Shown piece after piece: positions 12,705 to 21,045 of a DNA stretch of 64,000 nucleotides. Source of the stretch: an uncultured Chloroflexia bacterium (GTDB taxonomy: Bacteria > Chloroflexota > Limnocylindria > Limnocylindrales > CSP1-4); contig CAWBHP010000016.1 of assembly GCA_963788685.1 (NCBI GenBank), forward strand, positions 76,272 through 140,271, read 5' to 3'. Within the stretch, counting starts at the first letter, position 1. The number at the start of each line of letters is the position of its first letter. A program made the position numbers and the translations under genes. The notes under the pieces are model-generated. The model was not told the DNA's origin, ran no database searches, and worked only from the letters and a program-made list of their open reading frames with translations.

Positions 12705-13624
12705 ATGACTCCCCGAACCCGATGGACCGGCGCTCCTGGCCGCCGTCCTCCTGATCGTCGCGGCCTGCGGGCCCGCGACCCCCACGCCGACGCCGCTCGC
12801 GAGCGCCCCCGCCAGCCAGGCCGCGGGCGGCGTGCTCCCCCAACCCATCAGCAGCGAGCTCGTCAAGGGGCCGAACCGCTTCGTCTTCTCGTTCCTCGAC
12901 GCGAGCGGCACCAAGCCGGTGGGCTCGCCGGACCGAACGGCGACGGTCCAGTTCCAGGGTCCCGGCGGCGAGTCGGTCGCGGCGCCGGCAGCCGAGTTCG
13001 TCTGGGCGATCGAAGGGGTGAGCGGCGTCTACGTCACCCACGTCGAGTTCCCGGTCGCGGGTGCCTGGACGGCCCTGTTCGAGACGTCGGCGCCGGGCTC
13101 CCCGGCTGAGTCGATCCCGTTCAGCCTCGACGTGAAGGACGACGCCCGGGTCGTGGTGCCGGGCGAGAAGGCGCCGTCGGTCGACACGCCGACGCTGGCC
13201 GATGTCGGCGGCGACGTCGCGAAGATCTCGACCGACGAGACCCCGGTGCCGGCGTTCTACGAAACGTCCGTGGCCGACGCCCTCGCGGCGCACGAGCCAT
13301 TCGTCCTCGTCTTCGCGACGCCGAAATTCTGCGTGACCAAGACCTGCGGTCCCACGCTCGACAAGATCAAATCGATCGCCACGGCTCACCCGGAGGTCAC
13401 GTTCATCAACGTCGAGCCCTACCAGCTCGAGGTCGTCGACGGCCAGCTCCAGCCCGTCCTGAGCGACGCGAACGAGCTCCAGACCGTGCCGGCAACCGAC
13501 GCCTATGGCCTGCTGACGGAGCCCTTCGTCTTCGTCGTCGGCGGCGACGGCATCGTCAAGGCGTCGTTCGAGCTCATCTTCGCGCCCGACGAGATCGACG
13601 AGGCGCTCGACGGGCCTCAACTAG
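12705..13624 (+). CDS. Thioredoxin-fold lipoprotein (TlpA/SCO-like) with an N-terminal Ig-like domain; about 2 frame breaks
   Basis: MTPRTRW | ...LLAAVLLIVAACGPATPTP (lipobox after a frame switch), then ORF 12832.. ELVKGPNRFVFSFLDASGTKPVG...VLVFATPKFCVTKTCGPTLDKIKS...EPFVFVVGGDGIV. The in-frame stop is missing. TAG 13622-13624 is reached by a 1-nt shift. Confidence 0.55.
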
Positions 13625-13970
13625 GCGACGCGGCCGGGGCGTCCTCGAGGCGGAACGCGACGCGCTCGCCGTTCTCGTCCCGATACGTCACTCGGACCGG
13701 CACCGCGTCCACTTGGTGCACGTTGAGATGGCTTGGCGGGAACTGGGCGCCGTTCTCCAGCTGGCCGATCCGGAACTCGACCGTCCGCCCATCCGGCGTC
13801 CGGATCGAGAAGGCGCGGACGTTTGTGAGGCTGACCGAATCGACGAAGACCACGACGCCGACCTCCGTCTGCGGAGCGGGCCGGTTGAGCGTGGTGGCGA
13901 CAACGAAGATCCCGGCCAGGAGGGCGATCGCGATTCCGAGCGCCGCGATCGCGCCGCGGCGTTGCTGCAT
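13617..13970 (-). CDS. Small membrane-anchored hypothetical protein
   Basis: Intact 117-aa ORF with one N-terminal TM helix (AIAALGIAIALLAGIFVVATTL). It is the last gene of the pyrK-pyrD-pyrE transcription unit, 8 nt after the pyrE stop. Confidence 0.5.
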   Translation of the reverse strand: MQQRRGAIAALGIAIALLAGIFVVATTLNRPAPQTEVGVVVFVDSVSLTNVRAFSIRTPDGRTVEFRIGQLENGAQFPPSHLNVHQVDAVPVRVTYRDENGERVAFRLEDAPAASPS

Positions 13971-13977
13971 CAGGGCA

Positions 13978-14652
13978 TCACGCCCCGGTGCCGGTGCTGC
14001 CCGGCGCGTGGAGCGGCGTCCCGTCGGCGCAGAGGGGGCACGTATCGGGGCCGGGCTCGTACGTCGGAAGGTCGAGCTGCCAGAGAGCCTGGAGGGAGTA
14101 GACGCGGCCTGTCGTCGGCGAGGTGAGGGTCGGCCGTCCGCCGCTCCGATCGACCAGGACCGCGCATTCGACGATCTCGCCGCCCATCGCCTCGACCGCC
14201 GGGATCATCGCGAGGAGCGAACCGCCGGTCGTCAGGATGTCGTCGACGAGCAGGACGCGCTCCCCGGGCTCGATCCGGAAGCCCCGCCGGAACTCGCGGT
14301 GCGTCGAACCGTCGTCGTCGCGGACCTCCTCCGCGAAGATCGCCCGGACCCCGAGCTGGCGACCCGTCTCGAAGGCGAGGATGACGCCGCCGGTCGTCGG
14401 GCCGGCGACGAGGTCGACTCGCGGGGAGCGGTCGTCGGCGCGGTGACGCCCGGCCCAGAACGCGCACAGCTCGCTCGTTGCCGCGGGATCGGACAGGACG
14501 GCGAACTTTTCGACGTACGCGTCGCCGTGGCGGCCGCTCTTCAGCAGGAAGTGGCCATCGCGGAGCGCGCCGGAACGCCGGAACAGGGCCTCGGTTCGGG
14601 CGGCAATCGCGGCGCGGGCCGATGCCTCGAGGGCGGGCTTGATCGTCGTCAT
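13978..14652 (-). CDS. pyrE: Orotate phosphoribosyltransferase
   Basis: MTTIKPALE...LRDGHFLLKSGRHGDAYVEKF...VLLVDDILTTGGSLLA (PRPP-binding motif). ATG at 14652 inside the longer ORF 13978..14913. Confidence 0.9.
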   Translation of the reverse strand: MTTIKPALEASARAAIAARTEALFRRSGALRDGHFLLKSGRHGDAYVEKFAVLSDPAATSELCAFWAGRHRADDRSPRVDLVAGPTTGGVILAFETGRQLGVRAIFAEEVRDDDGSTHREFRRGFRIEPGERVLLVDDILTTGGSLLAMIPAVEAMGGEIVECAVLVDRSGGRPTLTSPTTGRVYSLQALWQLDLPTYEPGPDTCPLCADGTPLHAPGSTGTGA

Positions 14653-14704
14653 CGCCGCGAAGTCTAGCCGCGCCGGGACGTTTGTCCCGATGGTGCACCC
14701 GCGG

Positions 14705-15685
14705 TCACGGCCGGTACTCGACTCCCTTGGACGATGGCGCGCCGGGCTTCCGCGGCAGCGCGGTCCCGATGAGCGGCGCGTACGAGTCGAGGCCGCGGCG
14801 GCGGCACTCCGCTTCGAGCTCGTCGACGAGGCGGACCGGGAGGGTCGGGTCGGCGAAGATCGCGGTCCCGACCTGGACCGCGGCGGCGCCGACCGCGAGG
14901 AAGTCGAGGACATCGGCGAGCTCGGTGATGCCGCCGATCGCGACCACGGGGATGTCGACGACCTGGCTGACCTCGTAGACGATCCGCAGCGCCACCGGCT
15001 TGATCGCCGGACCCGACAGGCCGCCGTAGATGTTCCCGAGCAGGGGCTTCGCTCGGGAGGGCGCGACGGCGATGCCCGACAGCGTGTTGATCGCGGTCAG
15101 GGCGTCGGCGCCGGCGGCTTCGATGGCCCGGGCGATCGGGCGGACGTCGGCGACGTTCGGCGAGAGCTTGACGAGGAGCGGGAGGTCGGTCGCTCGGCGG
15201 ACGGCGGCCGTGACGGACGCTGCGGCGTCGGCGTCGATCGCGAACTGGAGGCCGCCCTTGCCGACGTTCGGGCAACTGATGTTGAGCTCGATCCCGGCCA
15301 CGCCCGGCACGCCGTCGAGCCGCCGGACGACCTCGACGTAGTCCTCGACCGACTCGCCCGCGACGTTGACGATGACGGCCGTCCGCCAGCCGGTCCACGT
15401 GCCGGCGTACTTCTCGATGACCGCGTCCACGCCCGGGTTCTGGAGGCCGATCGAGTTCAGCATGCCGGCCGGGGTTTCGGTGACGCGCGGAGTCACGTTG
15501 CCGATGCGCGGCCGGAGCGTGGTGCCCTTGCAGCAGATCGCCCCCAGGCGATCGACCTCGACGACGTCGCCGTACTCGACCCCGTAGCCGAACGTGCCCG
15601 ACGCGACGAGGATCGGGTTCTGGAGGACGAGACCGCGCCCAAGATCGACCGAGAGGTCGACATCGACGGCGTCGGGCGCGGTCAC
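14705..15685 (-). CDS. pyrD: Dihydroorotate dehydrogenase, class 1B catalytic subunit
   Basis: LQNPILVASGTFGYG...MLNSIGLQNPG...GIELNISCPNVGKGG...GGLSGPAIKPVAL...AIGGI. The start is taken as GTG 15685 (alternative GTG 15694). The upstream ORF extension is a DNA-level repeat region, not protein-like. Confidence 0.85.
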   Translation of the reverse strand: MTAPDAVDVDLSVDLGRGLVLQNPILVASGTFGYGVEYGDVVEVDRLGAICCKGTTLRPRIGNVTPRVTETPAGMLNSIGLQNPGVDAVIEKYAGTWTGWRTAVIVNVAGESVEDYVEVVRRLDGVPGVAGIELNISCPNVGKGGLQFAIDADAAASVTAAVRRATDLPLLVKLSPNVADVRPIARAIEAAGADALTAINTLSGIAVAPSRAKPLLGNIYGGLSGPAIKPVALRIVYEVSQVVDIPVVAIGGITELADVLDFLAVGAAAVQVGTAIFADPTLPVRLVDELEAECRRRGLDSYAPLIGTALPRKPGAPSSKGVEYRP

Positions 15686-15708
15686 GAGACGCACGCTCTG
15701 GTTCGCGC

Positions 15709-15880
15709 CTGGTCCGGCAGGCGGACCAACGAGCGAAGGAGGATCATCGGGGCCGTCGGTTGGTCCGGCGAGCGGACCGACGGCGAACGGACGCGGTCGA
15801 ACCGCCAGTTGGTCCGGCAGGCGGACCGCTGGGCGAAGGAGGCGGACGCCGACCGCCCGTTGGTCCGGCAGGCGGACCGG
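15709..15880. repeat. Array of 4 palindromic hairpin units (GGTCCGGCAGGCGGACC) spaced 49-51 bp apart in the pyrK-pyrD intercistronic spacer
   Basis: Copies at 15711-15727, 15762-15778 (GGTCCGGCGAGCGGACC), 15811-15827 and 15862-15878. The stem is GGTCCG/CGGACC with a 5-nt loop. Copies 2-4 share the GTT prefix. Inter-copy segments are related (GCGAAGGAGG after copies 1 and 3). Confidence 0.85.
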
Positions 15881-15903
15881 GACGGAGGAGAGAGCGCGCC
15901 GGC

Positions 15904-16764
15904 TCACCAGCCGGCCTCCCAATTGATCTCGTCCGAGGCGAAGACCGGCCCCTCGCGGCACACGCGCTGAGGGGTCCCCGATGCGCCCATCACGACGCAG
16001 CCGAGACACGCCCCGACCGCACAGCCCATGTTCTGCTCCATCGACACCTGGAGGAACGCCTTCCGGCGGGCGCCCGGCGACCCGACGGCGTCGACCCGGC
16101 CGCCACCGCGCTTCCGGCCAAGTTTCGCCACCCCGAGTCGCTGCCGCCGTCCGGCGGCCTGTCGGGCGAGCGCCGCGAGCATGCCGGCTGGTCCGCAGGC
16201 GAACGCCTGATCGGCCCAGGCCTCGTACTCGGGCACGAGCTCCGTCACGAACCCGCGCCTGCCGACGGAGCCGTCGTCGGTCGCGATGACGTACTCGACT
16301 TCATCGGGCAGCAGCGACGACGGATAGACGTCGCGGGCATTCGCGGCACCGAACAGGAGCGTGACCTGGCGGCCGTCCCGGATCGCTTCGTCGGCGAGGG
16401 AGCGGATCCCGGCCATCCCGAGGCCGCCGGCGATCAGCAGGAGGCGCCGCGATCGCGGATCGACCTCGAACGGCCGGCCGAGCGGGCCGAGCATGTCGAT
16501 CGTGTCGCCGGGCCGGAGCCGGGTGAACCATTCGGTCCCCCGGCCGATCGTCCGGAAATGGATCGTGATGATCCCCGTCGCAAGGTCCGCGGTGTTGATG
16601 GAGAACGGGCGCCTGAGCACGAACCCCGAGTAATCGCCCGTCCGGATGTGGACGAACTGCCCGGCCCGAGAGCCCGTCGCGAGCTCCGGCGCGTGGTACG
16701 ACTGGAGCCACTGGCCAGGCAGAATCTCGCGGCTCTCGACGAGCTCCGAGGTGACGAGGCGCAT
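15904..16764 (-). CDS. pyrK: Dihydroorotate dehydrogenase electron-transfer subunit (FAD/[2Fe-2S])
   Basis: MRLVTSELVESREI...RRPFSI...LIAGGLGMAGI...C-terminal cluster MGCAVGACLGCVV...RVCREGPVF. ATG 16764 lies 2 nt after the stop of the upstream gene. Confidence 0.9.
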   Translation of the reverse strand: MRLVTSELVESREILPGQWLQSYHAPELATGSRAGQFVHIRTGDYSGFVLRRPFSINTADLATGIITIHFRTIGRGTEWFTRLRPGDTIDMLGPLGRPFEVDPRSRRLLLIAGGLGMAGIRSLADEAIRDGRQVTLLFGAANARDVYPSSLLPDEVEYVIATDDGSVGRRGFVTELVPEYEAWADQAFACGPAGMLAALARQAAGRRQRLGVAKLGRKRGGGRVDAVGSPGARRKAFLQVSMEQNMGCAVGACLGCVVMGASGTPQRVCREGPVFASDEINWEAGW

Positions 16765-16766
16765 CG

Positions 16767-17723
16767 TCACGCGCGGGGAGTGTCCTCCTCGTCGTCCGCC
16801 GATTCGCCGTCGTCGGCGGGGGTGCCGTCGCTCTCGGCGATCGCCCCGGCCGGGATTCCCTCGCCGGTGCCGTTCGTCGCGTCGGGCGCCGTGCTGTCGA
16901 GCTCGGGGGCGATCGCCGGGTAGGCCTCGGCGAGGGCGTCGGCCAGGTCGCCGAAGACGTCGGTCGGGTCGTAGTACTCCACGAGCTCGTCGGCGCTCGC
17001 GAGCGGCCGCCACTCGTTCTCTTCCTCCGTCAGGACCTCGGCCTTGAATTCTCCGGCCGCGGTGAGGGTGAGCCGCTCGTCTTCGTCGTCGTTGATGATC
17101 ATGTCGCCGATCCGGCCGCTCAGCAGCGAGGCCGCGTCCTCGAACTGCTCGAGGAGTCGCGATTCGCTGCGCTGACTCCGCTCCTGGAACTCCAGCGCGA
17201 GGTCGTAGAGCCGCTGGGCGGCGACTTCGTCGTCCTCGGCATCGAGCGGGATCGGCTGCGTCGCGGCCCAGTCGTCCGCGGCCGCGGCGTAGGGATCCGG
17301 GCCGGTCGAGACCGCCTCGTCCAGACCGATCCCGGCCGCCTCGAGCATGTCGGGCGTCGCGGTCGGCTCCTCGCCAAGGCCACCGGCGTCGCGCGCTGCT
17401 TCGGCAAACGCGGCGTAGATGTCGGCCGGGTTGTAGAGCTCGACGAGCTCGCCGGCCGACTCGATGACCTCCGTCTCAGCCGTCCACTCCCCGCTGAGCT
17501 CGTCGACGAACCGCGTCCGGCTCCGGAACGTGAGGTCGGGGGCGATCGACAGGTAGTCGGGATCCTCGTCGATGAGCGTCAGGCCGCCGAGCTCAGCGAT
17601 CCTGCCCTTGTTCGCCTCGAGGAAGCGGCGAAGCTGCTCCGTCGCCTGGACCAGGAAGTCGGAACGCTCGAGGGCGGCGTCGGCCGCGATCTCACCGAGC
17701 AGGTCATTGCGGCTCGTGTCCAT
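16767..17723 (-). CDS. Highly acidic hypothetical protein with an internal two-fold repeat
   Basis: Intact ORF. ATG 17723 is preceded by GGAGG. Two related halves: ...LIDEDPDYLSIAPDLTFRS..ELSGEWTAETEVIESAGELVELYNPADIYAAFAEAARDA and ...IINDDEDERLTLTAAGEFKAEVLTEEENEWRPLASADELVEYYDPTDVFGDLADALAEA. The C-terminal tail is D/E-rich. Confidence 0.6.
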   Translation of the reverse strand: MDTSRNDLLGEIAADAALERSDFLVQATEQLRRFLEANKGRIAELGGLTLIDEDPDYLSIAPDLTFRSRTRFVDELSGEWTAETEVIESAGELVELYNPADIYAAFAEAARDAGGLGEEPTATPDMLEAAGIGLDEAVSTGPDPYAAAADDWAATQPIPLDAEDDEVAAQRLYDLALEFQERSQRSESRLLEQFEDAASLLSGRIGDMIINDDEDERLTLTAAGEFKAEVLTEEENEWRPLASADELVEYYDPTDVFGDLADALAEAYPAIAPELDSTAPDATNGTGEGIPAGAIAESDGTPADDGESADDEEDTPRA

Positions 17724-17749
17724 CGCTCTGCCTCCGTCTTCGCCGTCGC

Positions 17750-18077
17750 TCAACCGTGGAATTCGAGATCGGGACCCATCCGCTCTCGAAGGAACATCGA
17801 GTGGTGGCGCTGGAAGATCCACTCGCCGGCGCGGTGTCCGATCGCGCGGATGCCCTCATCGGCCTCCAGCCTGTCCAGTGTTGCGTAATCGGGGAGTTCC
17901 AGCAGGATGACATTGTCGAAGTCCCAGCCGTGGGCCACGTTGTACCAGCCGAGGAACCGGATCCCGTACTTTTCGCCGTACTCCTTCATCTGCCGTGCGA
18001 AGAGCGTCTTCATGTAGAACTTGAAGAATGCGTCCCGGCCGCGGCGAACGGAGAAGTAGGTCGCGAGCACGGGCACG
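17750..18077 (-). CDS. Small hypothetical protein (possible alpha+beta barrel, NIPSNAP/Dabb-like)
   Basis: VPVLATYFSVRRGRDAFFKFYMKTLFARQMKEYGEKYGIRFLGWYNVAHGWDFDNVILLELPDYATLDRLEADEGIRAIGHRAGEWIFQRHHSMFLRE. GTG 18077 is preceded by GGAGGAGG 10 nt upstream. The family call is tentative. Confidence 0.45.
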
Positions 18078-18165
18078 TTGGGGGCGCCTCCTCCGCTTCG
18101 ACGAGCGCCGATCGATCCCGGCGCCGGCCTATTGTCGCACGGGCCCTTCGTCGCTCGGGTCCGGA

Positions 18166-18525
18166 TCAGGCACGTCGGCGGGCGCCTCGTCGGGCGCCTC
18201 GTCGGGCGCTTCGTCGGGCGCCTTCGTCCTCGATCTCGCCGACCGTCTTCGAGGCGCTGCCGAGCGGTCGCCGCCGCGTCCGCCGGTCGGCGGCCACGAG
18301 GCGGAGCAGGAAGATGATCGTCTGCCCGGCGACGAGCAGCAGGAGGATGACGAAGAAGAGGAGCGCGGCGCTCAGCCAGTCGGGCCAGTTCCAGACGACG
18401 CTGAGCGGCGTCAGCACGATCGCGATCGCCAGGACGACGAGCTGGAACCGGAAGCAACCGAGGCCCGGGCCGCGTTCGGCCTGCAGCTCCTCGCCTTTGT
18501 ACTGGATCGGCCCGGGGGAGGTCAC
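18166..18525 (-). CDS. Small two-TM membrane protein with a repeat-encoded C-terminal tail
   Basis: FRFQLVVLAIAIVLTPLSVVWNWPDWLSAALLFFVILLLLVAGQTIIFLL. Start is uncertain (GTG 18525 or ORF start 18594). The C-terminus is encoded by the 12-bp tandem repeat at 18174-18228. Confidence 0.4.
   Translation of the reverse strand: MTSPGPIQYKGEELQAERGPGLGCFRFQLVVLAIAIVLTPLSVVWNWPDWLSAALLFFVILLLLVAGQTIIFLLRLVAADRRTRRRPLGSASKTVGEIEDEGARRSARRGARRGARRRA
18174..18228. repeat. Tandem ~12-bp repeat (GTCGGGCGCCTC), about 4 copies
   Basis: gtcggcgggcgcctc / gtcgggcgcctc / gtcgggcgcttc / gtcgggcgccttc read directly from 18174-18225. It encodes RRSARRGARRGARR on the minus strand in the ORF frame, or (APDE)n in an alternative frame. 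Confidence 0.7.
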
Positions 18526-18571
18526 GGCGTGCAACTCTACGGGACGGCGCCTCGGCCCGTACCATCCGGGC

Positions 18572-20208
18572 ATGCCCCCCGACGACAAGCCCACCGCCGA
18601 TCGGTTCGCCTGGCACCCCGAGCCAGAGCTGCTCGGCTACGGCGATCCATCCGCCCGCCTGGCGCTCGAGCGCCTCGGTGCCGAGGCCTGGGCGGCCGCC
18701 CTGGACTACCTCTACGACCATGCGTTCGTCCGGGCGATGGGCGAAGGCAGCGGCTATGCAGAGCTGCGAGCGTCGTTCTTCGGACCGACGGGCGGACCCG
18801 CGCGCAGCGCCGGACCAGCCGACGACCTCCGCCGCGATCCTCGACGAGTTCCGGACCCGTCTCGCCCCGCATCAGCTCAACGCCCATCATCCGCGCTCGC
18901 TCGAGCTACTTCACCCCGCCGCCGCTCCTGCTGTCCGTCGTCGGCGAGCTGCTCGCCCAGGTCACCCAGCAGGGCGTCGACGTCTGGCATGCCGGTCCGT
19001 CGGCCGCGTTCGTCGAGGAGGAGGTGATCCGCTGGCTGTGCGACCTCGTCGGCTACGGCCCGGACAGCTTCGGGCTGCTCACCTCCGGCGGCGTCATGGC
19101 CAACTTCCTCGCGATGGCGCTGGCTCGCGACGTCCACCTCGCCGGGCTGCGCGGATCGGCGAGGCCGCCGCGCGGCGGCGAGCTGGACGGCGTCCGGGTC
19201 TATACGTCCGATCAGACCCACTTCTCGATCGGCCGGGCCCTCGACGAGCTCGGGTTTCCCGCCGACACGCTAGTCGTCCTTCCGACCGACGACCGCTTCC
19301 GGCTCCACGCCGAACCCGCCGCCGACGCGATCCGCCGCGATCGGGACGCCGGCCTCACGCCACTCGCGATCTCCGCGGTCGCGGGGTCGACGAACACGGG
19401 CTCGGTCGACCTGCTCGAGGAACTCGCCGAGGTGGCGCGGCGCGAGGGGCTGTGGTTCCACGTCGACGCGGCCTACGGAGCGGCCGCCCGCCTCTCCGCC
19501 CGCGACGCGGGCCGAGTCCCGGGCCTCGAGCTGGCCGACTCGGTGACCGTCGATCCGCACAAGTGGTTCTACCAGGCCTACGACATCGGTGGGCTCGTCG
19601 TCCGCGACGGGGCGCTGCTCGAGCGGACCTTCGGGGGGCGCCGGCCCGAGTACTACCGCGGCGGCGAGGCACCGATCGGCGGCGACGGCAACCACGGGGC
19701 CGCCGACGACCACGACGACCACGACGTCCCGGGCCAGCTCAACTTCTACAAGCTCGGCTTCGAGGGCACGCGCCGGTGGCGCGCCCTGAAGCTGTGGATG
19801 AGCTGGAAACACCTCGGGACGAGCGGGTTCGCGAGGCTCATCGAGGCGAACATCGACCAGGCGGCGCTCCTCGCCCGGCGCTGCGCGGAGAGCGACGATC
19901 TCGAGGCGCTGCCCGCCGAGCCGGAGCTGTCGGTCGTCTGCTTCCGGCACCTGCCCGGCGGCCGCGCCGCCGCAGGTCGCCTCGCGCCAAGCGACCTCGA
20001 TGCCCACCAGGATCGCCTCCAGGCCGCCCTCGAGGCCTCGGGCGACGGCTGGCTGTCGACGACGCGGCTCCGCGGCGCGACGTGGCTGCGCGCCGGCATC
20101 GTCAACACGCAGACGACGGAAGCCGACATCGACCGATTGCTCGCGACGCTTCGCCGCCTCGCTGCCGACGCCGAGGCCGAGGCCGAGGGCGAAGCGGAGG
20201 CCGGCTAG
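18572..20208 (+). CDS. Pyridoxal-phosphate-dependent group II decarboxylase (aromatic amino acid/DABA/glutamate decarboxylase family); about 2-3 frame breaks in the first 350 nt
   Basis: MPPDDKPTADRFAWHPEPE...LDYLYDHAF | AAILDEFRTRLAPHQLNAHHPRS | YFTPPPLLLSVVGELLAQVTQQGVDVWHAGPSAAFVEEEVIRWL...LTSGGVMANFLAMALAR...FHVDAAYGAAA...SVTVDPHKWFYQ (PLP lysine). There is an (AE)n C-terminal tail. Confidence 0.8.
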
Positions 20209-21036
20209 CCCGCGGGCCGCGAAAGCCCCTTCGAGAAACGCCGTTCGATCGGCGAGCGCGTCCGGGACGGCCATGTCGTGTTCGGCCTCGTAGGCCTTCA
20301 GCTCGCCGCCCTCGCCGGCGGCCCGCTTGAACTCGAGACCTGTCATCGGGGCGATGAAGAAGTCGCAGCGGGCGAACTGGAGGAGCAGCTTCGCGGGTGC
20401 CATCCGCCCGATGTGCTCGATCGGGTCGACCGGTCGCATCGCCGCGAGGTAGTCGATCCGGTCCTCCTCGATCGCCCAGAACGCGAGGAACCAGTCGGCC
20501 CAGCGGGGCACGGCGGCGATCAGCGCGTAGGCGGTCGGCCGGCGGTCGGCCGTGGCGAGGAGCGCCGCGTGCATCGCACCGAAATCGTGCCCGACGACGC
20601 CGACCCGGGCCGGATCGATCGCCGGCCGGCCCATCACGACGTCGAGGCAGCGCCGAAGCCGGTTCACCTCGGCGGTCACGCGCTCGCGGTCCGCGGTCGA
20701 GCCGGTTGGATCGCCCTGCCAGGGGAACGTCAGCTGCGGCAGGATCGCCGCGGCGTCGTGACGCCGCGCCCAGTCGACGGCCTCGTCAACGAACTGCGTC
20801 CGGTTGCCGTTGGGCGCCTCGGTGTCGAACCAGTGGGCGAAGAGCAGGCCAGGCCGAGTGACCCGGGCGTCCACGATCGAGGGCTCGACGAGGTACGCCT
20901 CGATGGGCTCACCCGCGCCGCCGGGCGCCACCCGGATGTCCCGAACGAGGACGCCGTCGCGAGCCTCGTCGCCGGCGATCTCGAACACGGGCGGTCCGGG
21001 ACCGGAGGCGGCTTCGCCGGGCGTTCGGTCGCTCAC
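20200..21036 (-). CDS. Alpha/beta-fold hydrolase (dienelactone-hydrolase-like) with a GHDFG elbow; 3' end uncertain
   Basis: GTG 21036, 9 nt after the stop of the FAD oxidase gene. ...GLLFAHWFD...RVGVVGHDFGAMHAALLA...LLLQFARCDFF... The frame stays open far into the convergent decarboxylase gene, so the true stop is probably masked by an indel near 20200-20230. Confidence 0.6.
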
Positions 21037-21045
21037 GGGCCGAGT

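Noticed and set aside
15709-15880. Mini-CRISPR array (4 short repeats with ~30-bp 'spacers')
   Set aside because: The repeats are only 17-20 nt. The inter-repeat segments are related to each other, which true spacers would not be. There are no cas genes in 64 kb, and the array lies inside the pyrK-pyrD operon spacer. It is better described as a tandem hairpin (REP-like) array.
20160-20205. GAGGCC-type hexamer repeat at the end of the decarboxylase gene
   Set aside because: It encodes an in-frame (AE)n low-complexity tail immediately before the stop. There is no sign of an independent function.
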